Below, in pieces: positions 30,436 to 38,726 of a stretch of DNA of 64,000 nucleotides; the first letter of the stretch is position 1; each line of letters begins with the position of its first letter. Under the pieces are notes generated by a model. The model was not told the origin of the DNA. It searched no databases and was given only the letters and a program-made list of their open reading frames with translations. Source of the DNA: a bacterium (GTDB taxonomy: Bacteria > UBA8248 > JACPRG01 > G963555815); assembly GCA_965261595.1 (NCBI GenBank), contig CBDHDG010000005.1, forward strand, positions 192,001-256,000. The letters run 5' to 3'. The position numbers were made by a program, and so were the translations under genes.

Positions 30436-32184
30436 ATGGCCACGCACATCTTGGGAATTTCCTGCTTTTACCACGACGCCGCCGCCTGCCTCCTCCGGGA
30501 CGGCGAAGTGGTCGCCGCCGCCTCCGAGGAGCGTTTCACGCGCAAAAAGCATGACGCCGATTTCCCCATGAACGCCGTCCGGTACTGTCTGGAAGCGGGC
30601 GGGATTGAAATGGCCGACCTGGATCACGTCGGCTTTTACGACAAGCCGTTCACCAAGTTCGAGCGCATTCTCGAGACCTATCTCGCCGTCGCCCCCCGGG
30701 GCATCCAGTCCTGGGTCATGGCCATCCCCCTTTGGCTGAAAGAGAAGATCTTCATGCGCAAGACCATCGAGAAGAAGCTGGACGGCTATGAAGGGGACAT
30801 CCTGTTCTCCGAGCATCACGAATCCCACGCCGCCAGCGCCTTCTACTGCTCCCCCTTCGAGGAGGCGGCCATCCTGACGCTGGACGGCGTCGGCGAATGG
30901 GCAACGGCCGCCAAAGGTTTCGGCCGGGGGGAGGAGATCACCCTGACCCACGAGATCCATTTCCCCCATTCCCTGGGGCTTCTCTATACGGCGTTCACCT
31001 ATTATCTGGGTTTCAAGGTGAACAGCGGCGAATACAAGGTCATGGGTCTCGCGCCTTATGGGAAGCCCGAGTATTTCGACCTCATCATGGACCGCCTGAT
31101 CGATGTGAAGGCGGACGGCAGCTTCAAGCTGAACATGGATTACTTCGCCTACACCCACAAGCTTACGATGATCAACAAGAAGTTCAACGACCTGTTCGGG
31201 GCGCCCCCGCGGACGCCCGAGACCTGGCTCAACGAGCGGGAGTTCGACATCGCCGCGTCCATCCAGAAGGTGACCGAGGAGGTGGTCCTGCGGCTCTGCC
31301 GGAGCCTCCACGCGGAGACCGGCCTCGACAACCTCTGTCTGGCCGGGGGGGTGGCGCTCAACTGTGTGGCCAACGGGAAGATCATCAAACAGACGCCTTT
31401 CAAAGACATCTACGTCCAGCCCGCCGCGGGAGACGCCGGCGGCGCGCTCGGCGTCGCCCAGTTGATCTGGCACCGCTACCTGGGCCGGGAGCGAAAACAC
31501 CCGCTGCCGGACGCCTATCTGGGCCCGGAATACTCGAACGAGGAGATCAAGGCCTTCCTCGCGGAGAAAGGCGTGCCATATCGTGAGCTGGACCCGGAAA
31601 CGCTGGTAAGCGACGTCGCCCGGCTCATCGACGAGAAGAACATGATCGGCTGGTTTCAGGGCCGGATGGAGTTCGGCCCGCGCGCCCTGGGCGGCCGGAG
31701 CATCCTCGGCGACGCCCGCGACCCCGAGATGCGCAACATCGTCAATCGGCGGATCAAGTTTCGGGAGGGCTTCCGGCCTTTCGCCCCGACGGTCACGCTG
31801 GAAGGCTGTTCGGAGTGGTTCGAGCTGGACCAGCCGAGTCCCTATATGCTCCTGGTGGCCGACGTCCGGGAGGGCAAGCGCGTCATCCCTTCGGTGACCC
31901 ACGTGGACAACTCCGCCCGGATCCAGACCATCTCTGAAGCGGAGAACCCCCTCTACCACCGTCTCCTCAAGGCCTTCGAGGCCAGGACGGGTGTGCCTGT
32001 CATCATCAACACATCTTTCAACGTCCGGGGCGAGCCCATCGTCCGGACGCCGGCGGACGCTTACCTCTGCTTCATGCGGACGGACATGGATTATCTGGCG
32101 ATGGGCGATTTCCTGTTGGACAAGAAAGATCAGCCCCCGCTGAAAGAGGACATGGACTGGCGTTCACAGTTCGAGCTCGATTAG
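30436..32184 (+). CDS. O-carbamoyltransferase (NodU/CmcH/SxtI family)
   Basis: ILGISCFYHDAAA, EERFTRKKH, HHESHAASAF, DGVGE, EYKVMGLAPYG, GRMEFGPRALGGRS, FRPFAP, INTSFNVRGEPIV. Confidence 0.95.
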   Translation: MATHILGISCFYHDAAACLLRDGEVVAAASEERFTRKKHDADFPMNAVRYCLEAGGIEMADLDHVGFYDKPFTKFERILETYLAVAPRGIQSWVMAIPLWLKEKIFMRKTIEKKLDGYEGDILFSEHHESHAASAFYCSPFEEAAILTLDGVGEWATAAKGFGRGEEITLTHEIHFPHSLGLLYTAFTYYLGFKVNSGEYKVMGLAPYGKPEYFDLIMDRLIDVKADGSFKLNMDYFAYTHKLTMINKKFNDLFGAPPRTPETWLNEREFDIAASIQKVTEEVVLRLCRSLHAETGLDNLCLAGGVALNCVANGKIIKQTPFKDIYVQPAAGDAGGALGVAQLIWHRYLGRERKHPLPDAYLGPEYSNEEIKAFLAEKGVPYRELDPETLVSDVARLIDEKNMIGWFQGRMEFGPRALGGRSILGDARDPEMRNIVNRRIKFREGFRPFAPTVTLEGCSEWFELDQPSPYMLLVADVREGKRVIPSVTHVDNSARIQTISEAENPLYHRLLKAFEARTGVPVIINTSFNVRGEPIVRTPADAYLCFMRTDMDYLAMGDFLLDKKDQPPLKEDMDWRSQFELD

Positions 32185-32403
32185 CGGGCAATCCAGCAGG
32201 AGCGCGATGCGCTCGGCGTTGCGCCGTACGTCACGAGCGGCCTATTTCGCCCGCGCCGGGCGAGTGGATCGGCGGCGCGCAGAACTCGGGCGCCTCACCG
32301 GCGGGCCGTGGACAGTGTAGTCCCGAAGGACCCATTCACGGACATCGTCAGAAAATTCGAGGTCGGAATATAGGCTTTTTTATCTCTCGGTACGCGCCAT
32401 GAT

Positions 32404-33345
32404 TCAGCACAGGAGTGAGATAAGGGCTTCCTCGGGGGGAGTGGAGGCCTTCGCCGGAGAGGATGAGGCATTCAGCCGGGTGAGATAGAAAAAGGTTAAA
32501 AAGGCTGGAACCTGGACTTTGATACGCTGGATGCCGAATACAGCGGCGCAGGTCTCCAACCATTCTTTCGCGGATGACGCGAGAGGCGAGAGCAGACAGT
32601 CAAAAGCAAAGCCGGCCACGTCGAACATAATGTTCCCGAGTCGGGTCGCTTCGAAATCGATGATTCCAGCCAGTCGACGGTTGATTCCAGCGGATCGCGG
32701 AGACGTGACCAGTACATTGTAAGTCGTGAGTGAGCCGTGCACGATTTTGTCCGTGCACCCTGCCCAGTCTTCTTGGCCGGCGTTGTCTAATACTCGTTGG
32801 AGCGCTGAATTCAGCCGATCGGTCAAGTTTTCTTTATGAACCGCAAAAAATTCACCCGCGGCTTTTGTGGGATTGAAATCTTTAGCGTGAGTGCCGATCC
32901 TTCGTTGCGCCTTGGCTTCGCACAGGTCGTGAACCCGGGTTTGGTTTTGGAAATCTCTGAGCCAAAATGCCATGTCTTGAAAGATTCGTTTTCTTGAAGA
33001 GCCATCCATGGTTCCCATCACGTGGTGAAGCGAGACCCCCTGGAGCTCTTCCGTGATGAGGAAATGGGACCCATCGGGAATGGCTCTCCCGTGGCAGAGC
33101 AGCCTGGGGACGAAACCGGCTGAATCCTCCAAGGCCTCCAGGACGTCCGCCTCATCGGCGACGGACATCGAAGGCTGCGGTCCCCCCTGAAACTTGAGGA
33201 AAATCGGGTTGGACGGCTCTCTCAGCGTAAGGCGATAGGTGAGGTTGCGGCCTTCGAGGTTACAGGCCTCGATGGCCAAAATTTCCTCCGGGCGGGTCTG
33301 AAGCGTCGAGGCCAGGGTCCGGCGGATCGCGTCCTTCGTTATCAA
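32404..33345 (-). CDS. Aminoglycoside-phosphotransferase (APH)/kinase-fold protein with HGS in place of HGD
   Basis: IFLKF, EADVL, FVPRLL, FLITEELQG, IVHGSLTTYNVLV, IIDFE, MFDVA; TTG start overlaps ATP-grasp stop (TTGA). Confidence 0.75.
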   Translation of the reverse strand: MITKDAIRRTLASTLQTRPEEILAIEACNLEGRNLTYRLTLREPSNPIFLKFQGGPQPSMSVADEADVLEALEDSAGFVPRLLCHGRAIPDGSHFLITEELQGVSLHHVMGTMDGSSRKRIFQDMAFWLRDFQNQTRVHDLCEAKAQRRIGTHAKDFNPTKAAGEFFAVHKENLTDRLNSALQRVLDNAGQEDWAGCTDKIVHGSLTTYNVLVTSPRSAGINRRLAGIIDFEATRLGNIMFDVAGFAFDCLLSPLASSAKEWLETCAAVFGIQRIKVQVPAFLTFFYLTRLNASSSPAKASTPPEEALISLLC

Positions 33346-34343
33346 ACCGGCCCCCGAGAGAGGAGATGGGCGATCGCCTTGGAGATTTCCAATCCGGTCA
33401 ACTCCTCGATCCACCCCCACTGCCCGTTGGGATTCAACTCCAGAAATGTGACGGCGCCGTCGGGCGACACAACGAGGTCGACGGTCGAGAACGCAAGACC
33501 GAGCCGCTTCGTGAGAGCGACACATTTCTCCGCGAGCTCCGGCTGAAGATCTTGAGCGACATGGGGGGTGTTCGGAAAGTCATAGCGCCGCCAATCCACG
33601 CTTGTTTGCGGCGTTGCTTGGGAGTGAATTTCACAGGCGAATGTTTCTTGGCCGACAACGGTGACCCTGAGCTCGCACTGCTTTTCCAGATAGGCTTGGT
33701 AGGTTGCCGGGCAAACCGCCAGTGGGTCATCGCGCCCAACGTCCTTGTCCTCAAGAAGAGCGGTATAGATGCAGTATTGCTCCTCGGGATTGGGCGCCCG
33801 GGGCGGGCCCTTTGAAACGAGCTTTGCCGCGCAACGCTGTCCCCGGTCCCGAAGAGCGGTGTAAAAGTCCCGCACCTCATCCGGCCGCGCGGAAACCAAC
33901 GTCTCCGGTATGCAGAACCCGCAGGCCCGGGCCACCTTGAGTTGATAGAGCTTGTAAGAAGCGGTTCGAATTGATTCGGGATGGCTGACCCAGGGACAAT
34001 CCAGAGAATACAAGGTCCCATAAAGTTGAGCCTTCAGCTCCGAAGCGGCAAATGCGCGCGCGCCGGGATCGGTAACCGAGGAATCCGGAACGGGCGCCTC
34101 GGGCCGGCGAACCCAGATCGAGGCGATATCTTTTCCGTCTACCACGACCTCATCCACCACGACCCTGACTTGCGGAGCTCCTGACCCGATCCGGTAGTCG
34201 ATGTGGGCGGATGTTCCGAAAATCTCGGTGTTCAGCCGAACATAAGACGCACCGATCCGTCCGAGCTCTTTTTCAACGAGCGAGGCGGTCTCATCGCCCT
34301 CGCTGGTCAGGATCAAAACAGTCGGCGGCGACGACGGTTCCAC
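33342..34343 (-). CDS. ATP-grasp ribosomal peptide maturase (MvdC/MvdD-type graspetide synthetase)
   Basis: VLILTS..DET, IWVRRP, ASYKLYQLKVARACGFCIPETLVS, QAYLEKQCELRVTVVG, DWRR, FLELNPNGQWGWIE. Confidence 0.9.
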   Translation of the reverse strand: MEPSSPPTVLILTSEGDETASLVEKELGRIGASYVRLNTEIFGTSAHIDYRIGSGAPQVRVVVDEVVVDGKDIASIWVRRPEAPVPDSSVTDPGARAFAASELKAQLYGTLYSLDCPWVSHPESIRTASYKLYQLKVARACGFCIPETLVSARPDEVRDFYTALRDRGQRCAAKLVSKGPPRAPNPEEQYCIYTALLEDKDVGRDDPLAVCPATYQAYLEKQCELRVTVVGQETFACEIHSQATPQTSVDWRRYDFPNTPHVAQDLQPELAEKCVALTKRLGLAFSTVDLVVSPDGAVTFLELNPNGQWGWIEELTGLEISKAIAHLLSRGPV

Positions 34344-34362
34344 GAATTTGCCCGAGGATGAT

Positions 34363-34551
34363 CTAGTCGTCCGAATTGTAATCCATCGGATCGCTGGTGG
34401 TCAGGGAGGACGAGGTCATTCCCCGATTCGACATGTCGACAATATATTCCCGCTTGCTGAAAAGAAGCGGCTCGGGACCCGGCGGATCTTCAGCCGGAAT
34501 CTTGATTTCTTCTACGGACGGCTCAACGTGTGCTGTCTTGGCTGAACTCAT
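34363..34551 (-). CDS. Putative graspetide precursor peptide (62 aa)
   Basis: GGAGG RBS 5 nt before ATG; MSSAKTAHVEPSVEEIKIPAEDPPGPEPLLFSKREYIVDMSNRGMTSSSLTTSDPMDYNSDD; ends 19 nt before the ATP-grasp gene. Confidence 0.8.
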   Translation of the reverse strand: MSSAKTAHVEPSVEEIKIPAEDPPGPEPLLFSKREYIVDMSNRGMTSSSLTTSDPMDYNSDD

Positions 34552-34720
34552 CGAATCCTCCCTGAATGGATGTCGGCGCTTCAAACCTCGAGGATCGAAA
34601 CACCTTTTTCGTCTTGGGCGCAACGTAACACACATCAAAACTCGCAATCAACCGAGATCCCGCCTCCCCCATCCAGCGCGGTGGCCAAAAGCAATCTTCC
34701 GCCGGTTGCTTCGCTTGCCC

Positions 34721-35314
34721 TCAAAACTCGATTCCGGGTTGCGCCTTGATTCCAGCCCGATATGGATGCTTCACCATCTTCATTTCCGTAACCAGGTCGG
34801 CCATTTCGATTAATTCGGGCTTGGCCCCGCGTCCGGTGAGTATCACATGAAGCATCTCCCGCTTTTTTTGAAGTGCGTCCAGGACTTCATCGAGCGACAG
34901 TTGATTCTTGTGGATGGCCACATTGATTTCGTCGAGCAGGACCATGCCGATGTCGCGCCGCTCCAACAATTCCAGCGACTTCTCCCAGGCCTTTCGAGCC
35001 GCGCGCCGGTCCATCTCTTGATCCTGGGTGATCCAGGTGAACCCATCACCCATCCGGCGCCACTCGACCTGGTCCCCAAATCTCTTGAACACTTCCGTTT
35101 CGCCGGTGGGCATCACGCCTTTAATGAATTGAACGACCCCGACACGAATTCCGTGGTGAATCGTCCGCAGCAGCATCCCGAACGCCGCCGTGCTCTTCCC
35201 TTTCCCCGGACCCGTGTGGACGATGATCAGGCCTTTTTCCCGCGTGGCCATCGCCTTTCGCTTTGCATGAGATTCATGGATGCGCTGCATCTTGTCTTGA
35301 TAGGCATCACCCAT
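34721..35314 (-). CDS. cobO: Cob(I)yrinic acid a,c-diamide adenosyltransferase (CobO/BtuR)
   Basis: HTGPGKGKSTAAFG, VQFIKG, MGDGFTW, LLDEIN, LTGR, ADLVTEM..KHPY..GIEF. Confidence 0.95.
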   Translation of the reverse strand: MGDAYQDKMQRIHESHAKRKAMATREKGLIIVHTGPGKGKSTAAFGMLLRTIHHGIRVGVVQFIKGVMPTGETEVFKRFGDQVEWRRMGDGFTWITQDQEMDRRAARKAWEKSLELLERRDIGMVLLDEINVAIHKNQLSLDEVLDALQKKREMLHVILTGRGAKPELIEMADLVTEMKMVKHPYRAGIKAQPGIEF

Positions 35315-36086
35315 TTCTGATTCTCCTGGAGAAACCGTAATGGCGTTCGCCGTTGTGCACCCAATAGTGGGTCTCGACCTCGAACACCTTTCGCATCAAC
35401 CCGGGGAGCAACACTTCGTTCGTTGTCCCTTCGGCCACCAGCCGGCCGTCATGGACCAGCAAGAGCCGATCGCAGAATTGTTGGGCAAGGTTCAGGTCGT
35501 GAATCGCCACCGTAATCGTCCGCCCGTCGGCCGCCTGTCCGCGTAGGATGTCGAGAAGGTCCAGGCAGTGCCGAATATCCAGGTTCGCGGTGGGCTCGTC
35601 CAACAAAAGGACAGACGCCTCGGTCGCCAGGGTCCGCGCCAGGAGAACGCGCTGACGCTCTCCCCCTGAGAGATCGTTGACCGGCCGGCCTTTGAGCGAG
35701 TCCGCGTCGACCGCGCTGAGGGCGGCATCCACGGCCCGCCGGTCCTCAGGCCCCTCAGACCCGAACCGTTTTACGTGCGCGTACCGTCCCATCATCACAA
35801 CGTCTTCAATGGGCAGGGAAAAAGGGACTTCCGTGCTTTGGGGCAGGTAACCCACGCGGCGGGCCACTTCTCGCCGGGACAGAGCGGACAAGTCCCGCCG
35901 ATCGATTTTCACGCGACCCGCCGCCAGCGGGACGAGCCCCGTCAGGGCGCGCAACAAGGTGGATTTCCCCGCGCCGTTGGGCCCAAGAATCCCCGTGACC
36001 GCTCCCTCCTCGAACGAGAGCGTGACATCCCGCAGCACGGACCGTCCGCCGAGCTCCACGCTTCCATCTTCCATGGCCAGCTTCAT
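35307..36086 (-). CDS. btuD: Cobalamin/Fe-siderophore ABC transporter ATP-binding protein (BtuD-like)
   Basis: GPNGAGKS, LSGGERQR, LLLDEPT, IHDLN; TGATG overlap with permease. Confidence 0.88.
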   Translation of the reverse strand: MKLAMEDGSVELGGRSVLRDVTLSFEEGAVTGILGPNGAGKSTLLRALTGLVPLAAGRVKIDRRDLSALSRREVARRVGYLPQSTEVPFSLPIEDVVMMGRYAHVKRFGSEGPEDRRAVDAALSAVDADSLKGRPVNDLSGGERQRVLLARTLATEASVLLLDEPTANLDIRHCLDLLDILRGQAADGRTITVAIHDLNLAQQFCDRLLLVHDGRLVAEGTTNEVLLPGLMRKVFEVETHYWVHNGERHYGFSRRIRNG

Positions 36087-37120
36087 CAGAACACCTCGGT
36101 CCGTTTCCGATGCCGCAAGACAAGATACAAGAAAAACGGCCCCCCCAGACCGGATGTCAAAATCCCCAGACGGATTTCCTCTCCGGCGAGGATTGAGCGG
36201 GAGAGAAGATCCATTCCCGTCAGCAAGACCGCGCCCGCCAGCATGCTCGCGGGCAAAAGACGCCGGTGGTCCGGTCCCAGAAGCAGCCGGACGATGTGAG
36301 GGACGAGCAGGCCGACGAACCCGATGACGCCGGCGACGGCCACGGCCGCTCCAGCCGCTCCGGCCGCGACCGTGAGGATCCAGCGCTTGGTTTGGGCCGT
36401 GTTCACCCCCAAGGCCAGGGCCGACTCCTCTCCGGTCATCATCACGTTGAGCTCTCTCGAAAAGCACAAAGAGGCGGCAACGCAGACGACGAAAAAGGGG
36501 AGGATCATGAAAACATGCTCCCACGTCCGGTTTGTCAGACCGCCCATCAGCCAGAAGAGGATCTGGCGTCCGATCTCCCATTCGCGGACGCTGAAGCTCA
36601 AGACCAGTGAGGTGAGCGCGCCGGCAATCGAGTTGATGGCAAGGCCGCAGAGGATGAGCGTGGCGATGGGCGTCCGTCCCCGATGGGTCGATAACGCGTA
36701 AACCTGGAAGGCGGTCAACAAGGCCGCGCCGAAGGCCATCCCGGGCACCGCCCAGATGGAGAGGGCGCCCAGGCCGAGCGCGATCGCCGAGGTCGCCCCC
36801 AGCGCGCCCCCCATGCTGACACCGATGACACCGGGGCTCGCCATCGGATTCCGGAACAGTCCCTGGAGGAGCGCCCCGGACAAGGCCAAAGCCGCTCCGA
36901 CCAGCGCGCCCGTCAGGACGCGCGGAAGGCGGATGTACCAAACGATCGCCCGTTCCTGTTGACTGATGTTCGCGGCTTCCGGGGATCTCAATCCCGTTTC
37001 GACCAGAAGAACATCGGCCACTTTGTCCCAGCTCAAATCCGCCGGCCCGGACGTGATCCCGAGAGTCATCGTCACAACGAGAAGCCCCAGGCAAAGGCTC
37101 AGGATGATCGAGCCTCTCAT
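36086..37120 (-). CDS. btuC: FecCD/BtuC-family ABC permease
   Basis: IRLPR, LQGLFRNPMASP, GEESALALGV, IGFVGLLVPH, GGPFFL. Confidence 0.9.
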   Translation of the reverse strand: MRGSIILSLCLGLLVVTMTLGITSGPADLSWDKVADVLLVETGLRSPEAANISQQERAIVWYIRLPRVLTGALVGAALALSGALLQGLFRNPMASPGVIGVSMGGALGATSAIALGLGALSIWAVPGMAFGAALLTAFQVYALSTHRGRTPIATLILCGLAINSIAGALTSLVLSFSVREWEIGRQILFWLMGGLTNRTWEHVFMILPFFVVCVAASLCFSRELNVMMTGEESALALGVNTAQTKRWILTVAAGAAGAAVAVAGVIGFVGLLVPHIVRLLLGPDHRRLLPASMLAGAVLLTGMDLLSRSILAGEEIRLGILTSGLGGPFFLYLVLRHRKRTEVF

Positions 37121-37239
37121 GGGCGCATTCCTTGAACGAGATCCCCGATGTCTTCAACGACGTAACGGGCGCCGGTTGTGACATGGGCAAAGAGAATGGC
37201 GAGGGCTCGTTCGTTCATGAGATGTCTGAAGAGACCCTC

Positions 37240-38085
37240 TTATTCAGCGAGAATGGCTCGTCGAATCAAACGCGCCCGCAAATCGGCGGCGGCGTCGGCG
37301 ATGAAATGGGAGTTGGTGTACAAGGTCCGGGCCGGGATTCCGATCACACGCCGGGTGCGCACCGCCGTCAGGGACGAATAGCGGAGATCCGTCCGAAGCC
37401 TCTTGATCCATCCCTCGAACTGAAGGTAACCCTCGCTGACCAGAATCAAGTCAGGATCCACTTTCAGGACCCATTCCAACTGGACGACCCTGTGGCCGTC
37501 GATTTCCGATGCGGCATTTTTCAACCCGGCGTACTTGATAATCACCTCCACGCTGGTGTTTTTGCCGGAGGTCCAACCGCCCGGTGTGTAGAACAAAGCG
37601 CTCAGCCCGGAGCTCGGAAGACCCTCCAGGTTTTGAAGCTTTCGATCCATTTTCCGGATGAGGCTCTCCGCTTTCAGCGTTTTCCCGATGGCCCGCGCCA
37701 CCACGAGAATGCTCCGGCGGATGTCCTCCAAGCCAAGCGGTGTGGGCACCCTCGTTACGGACACTCCCGCTTGCCTGATCAGGGCCTCCACTTCTTTGGC
37801 GGCTCGGGTGGAAAGAAGCACCAAGTCGGGACCCAGCTCCAGGATGCTCTCCACATCGTCTCGCCTGAGCCGGGGAATCCCCTTGGCCAGACTGAAAACA
37901 TAACACTTGAGCGGATCGTTCGCGTACCGCGAAACCCCGACGACTCTCTCTCGGGATGCCAGGGAAAGCAGAATTTCATCCGTGACGACGGACAGCGAGA
38001 CGATTCGCTTCGGCGCCGCCGCGGCCGATCCTTCAGCGCCGAAACACAGGATCATAAAGAGGAGAGGGAGGACCCAGCGTTTCAC
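37240..38085 (-). CDS. btuF: Periplasmic binding protein, BtuF/HemV-like
   Basis: Signal peptide, PKRIVSLS..DEILLSL, ESILELGPDLV; in cobalamin operon. Confidence 0.8.
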   Translation of the reverse strand: MKRWVLPLLFMILCFGAEGSAAAAPKRIVSLSVVTDEILLSLASRERVVGVSRYANDPLKCYVFSLAKGIPRLRRDDVESILELGPDLVLLSTRAAKEVEALIRQAGVSVTRVPTPLGLEDIRRSILVVARAIGKTLKAESLIRKMDRKLQNLEGLPSSGLSALFYTPGGWTSGKNTSVEVIIKYAGLKNAASEIDGHRVVQLEWVLKVDPDLILVSEGYLQFEGWIKRLRTDLRYSSLTAVRTRRVIGIPARTLYTNSHFIADAAADLRARLIRRAILAE

Positions 38086-38723
38086 GGCCGGATCACCACA
38101 ATGCTCAGGTCACTGAAATCTCCGGAAAGGGCGTCCAGGCGTCCTTTCCATGTGCGCTCATCCAGTGAAAGAGATTCGAACACGATGACTTCGCGATCGG
38201 GCTCGACCCCTCTGGCCAAAAGATCCCCCGCGATATCGCGAGGCATGAAATCCCAAGGATGCGGCAGGACGATGGCGCCGCGTCCCAATTGCAGCGCCGA
38301 CGCGAGAAATCCTTTGTCCCGCTCTAAATCGCCTCTCTTGTGAAATGTGACAAAGACCAGATCCTCAAAGGCCAAACCCGTCTTCGCCGCGGCAAGTTGG
38401 ACTGAGCTGATCCCCGGGATCACTTCCACCCGCTCCCCGCAGGCCTTTTCTACGCGCGCCAACAGTTGATGTCCGGAAAAGCTTGGATCTCCCATGAAAC
38501 ACACGACACAACGCCGGCCGCTTTTGTGAAGAGAAGCCACTTCATCGAGCTTTTCTTCCTGGTCCTTGTACGTCAGGATGACCCGCTTCCCCCGACCGAT
38601 TTGTTCCACCACTTTGAGCACCGTGGCAAACCCCGCGACGATATCCGCCTCTTCCAGGAGACGGCGGGCGCTCAACGTCAGAAGTTCGAGGTCGCCCGGT
38701 CCTACGCCAACTGCGTAAATCAT
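38082..38723 (-). CDS. cbiE: Tetrapyrrole methyltransferase, CbiE-like
   Basis: VGVGPGD, MGDPSFSG, IPGISSVQLAAAK, FVTFH, FESLS. Confidence 0.75.
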   Translation of the reverse strand: MIYAVGVGPGDLELLTLSARRLLEEADIVAGFATVLKVVEQIGRGKRVILTYKDQEEKLDEVASLHKSGRRCVVCFMGDPSFSGHQLLARVEKACGERVEVIPGISSVQLAAAKTGLAFEDLVFVTFHKRGDLERDKGFLASALQLGRGAIVLPHPWDFMPRDIAGDLLARGVEPDREVIVFESLSLDERTWKGRLDALSGDFSDLSIVVIRP

Positions 38724-38726
38724 CTC

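Noticed and set aside
30147..32184. Saxitoxin biosynthesis (sxtI/sxtJ-like genes)
   Set aside because: No sxtA, sxtG or other core genes; this module is common in non-producers
30436..34551. Carbamoyltransferase as a tailoring enzyme of the graspetide
   Set aside because: Opposite strand, different base composition and its own SGNH/SxtJ context; adjacency looks coincidental
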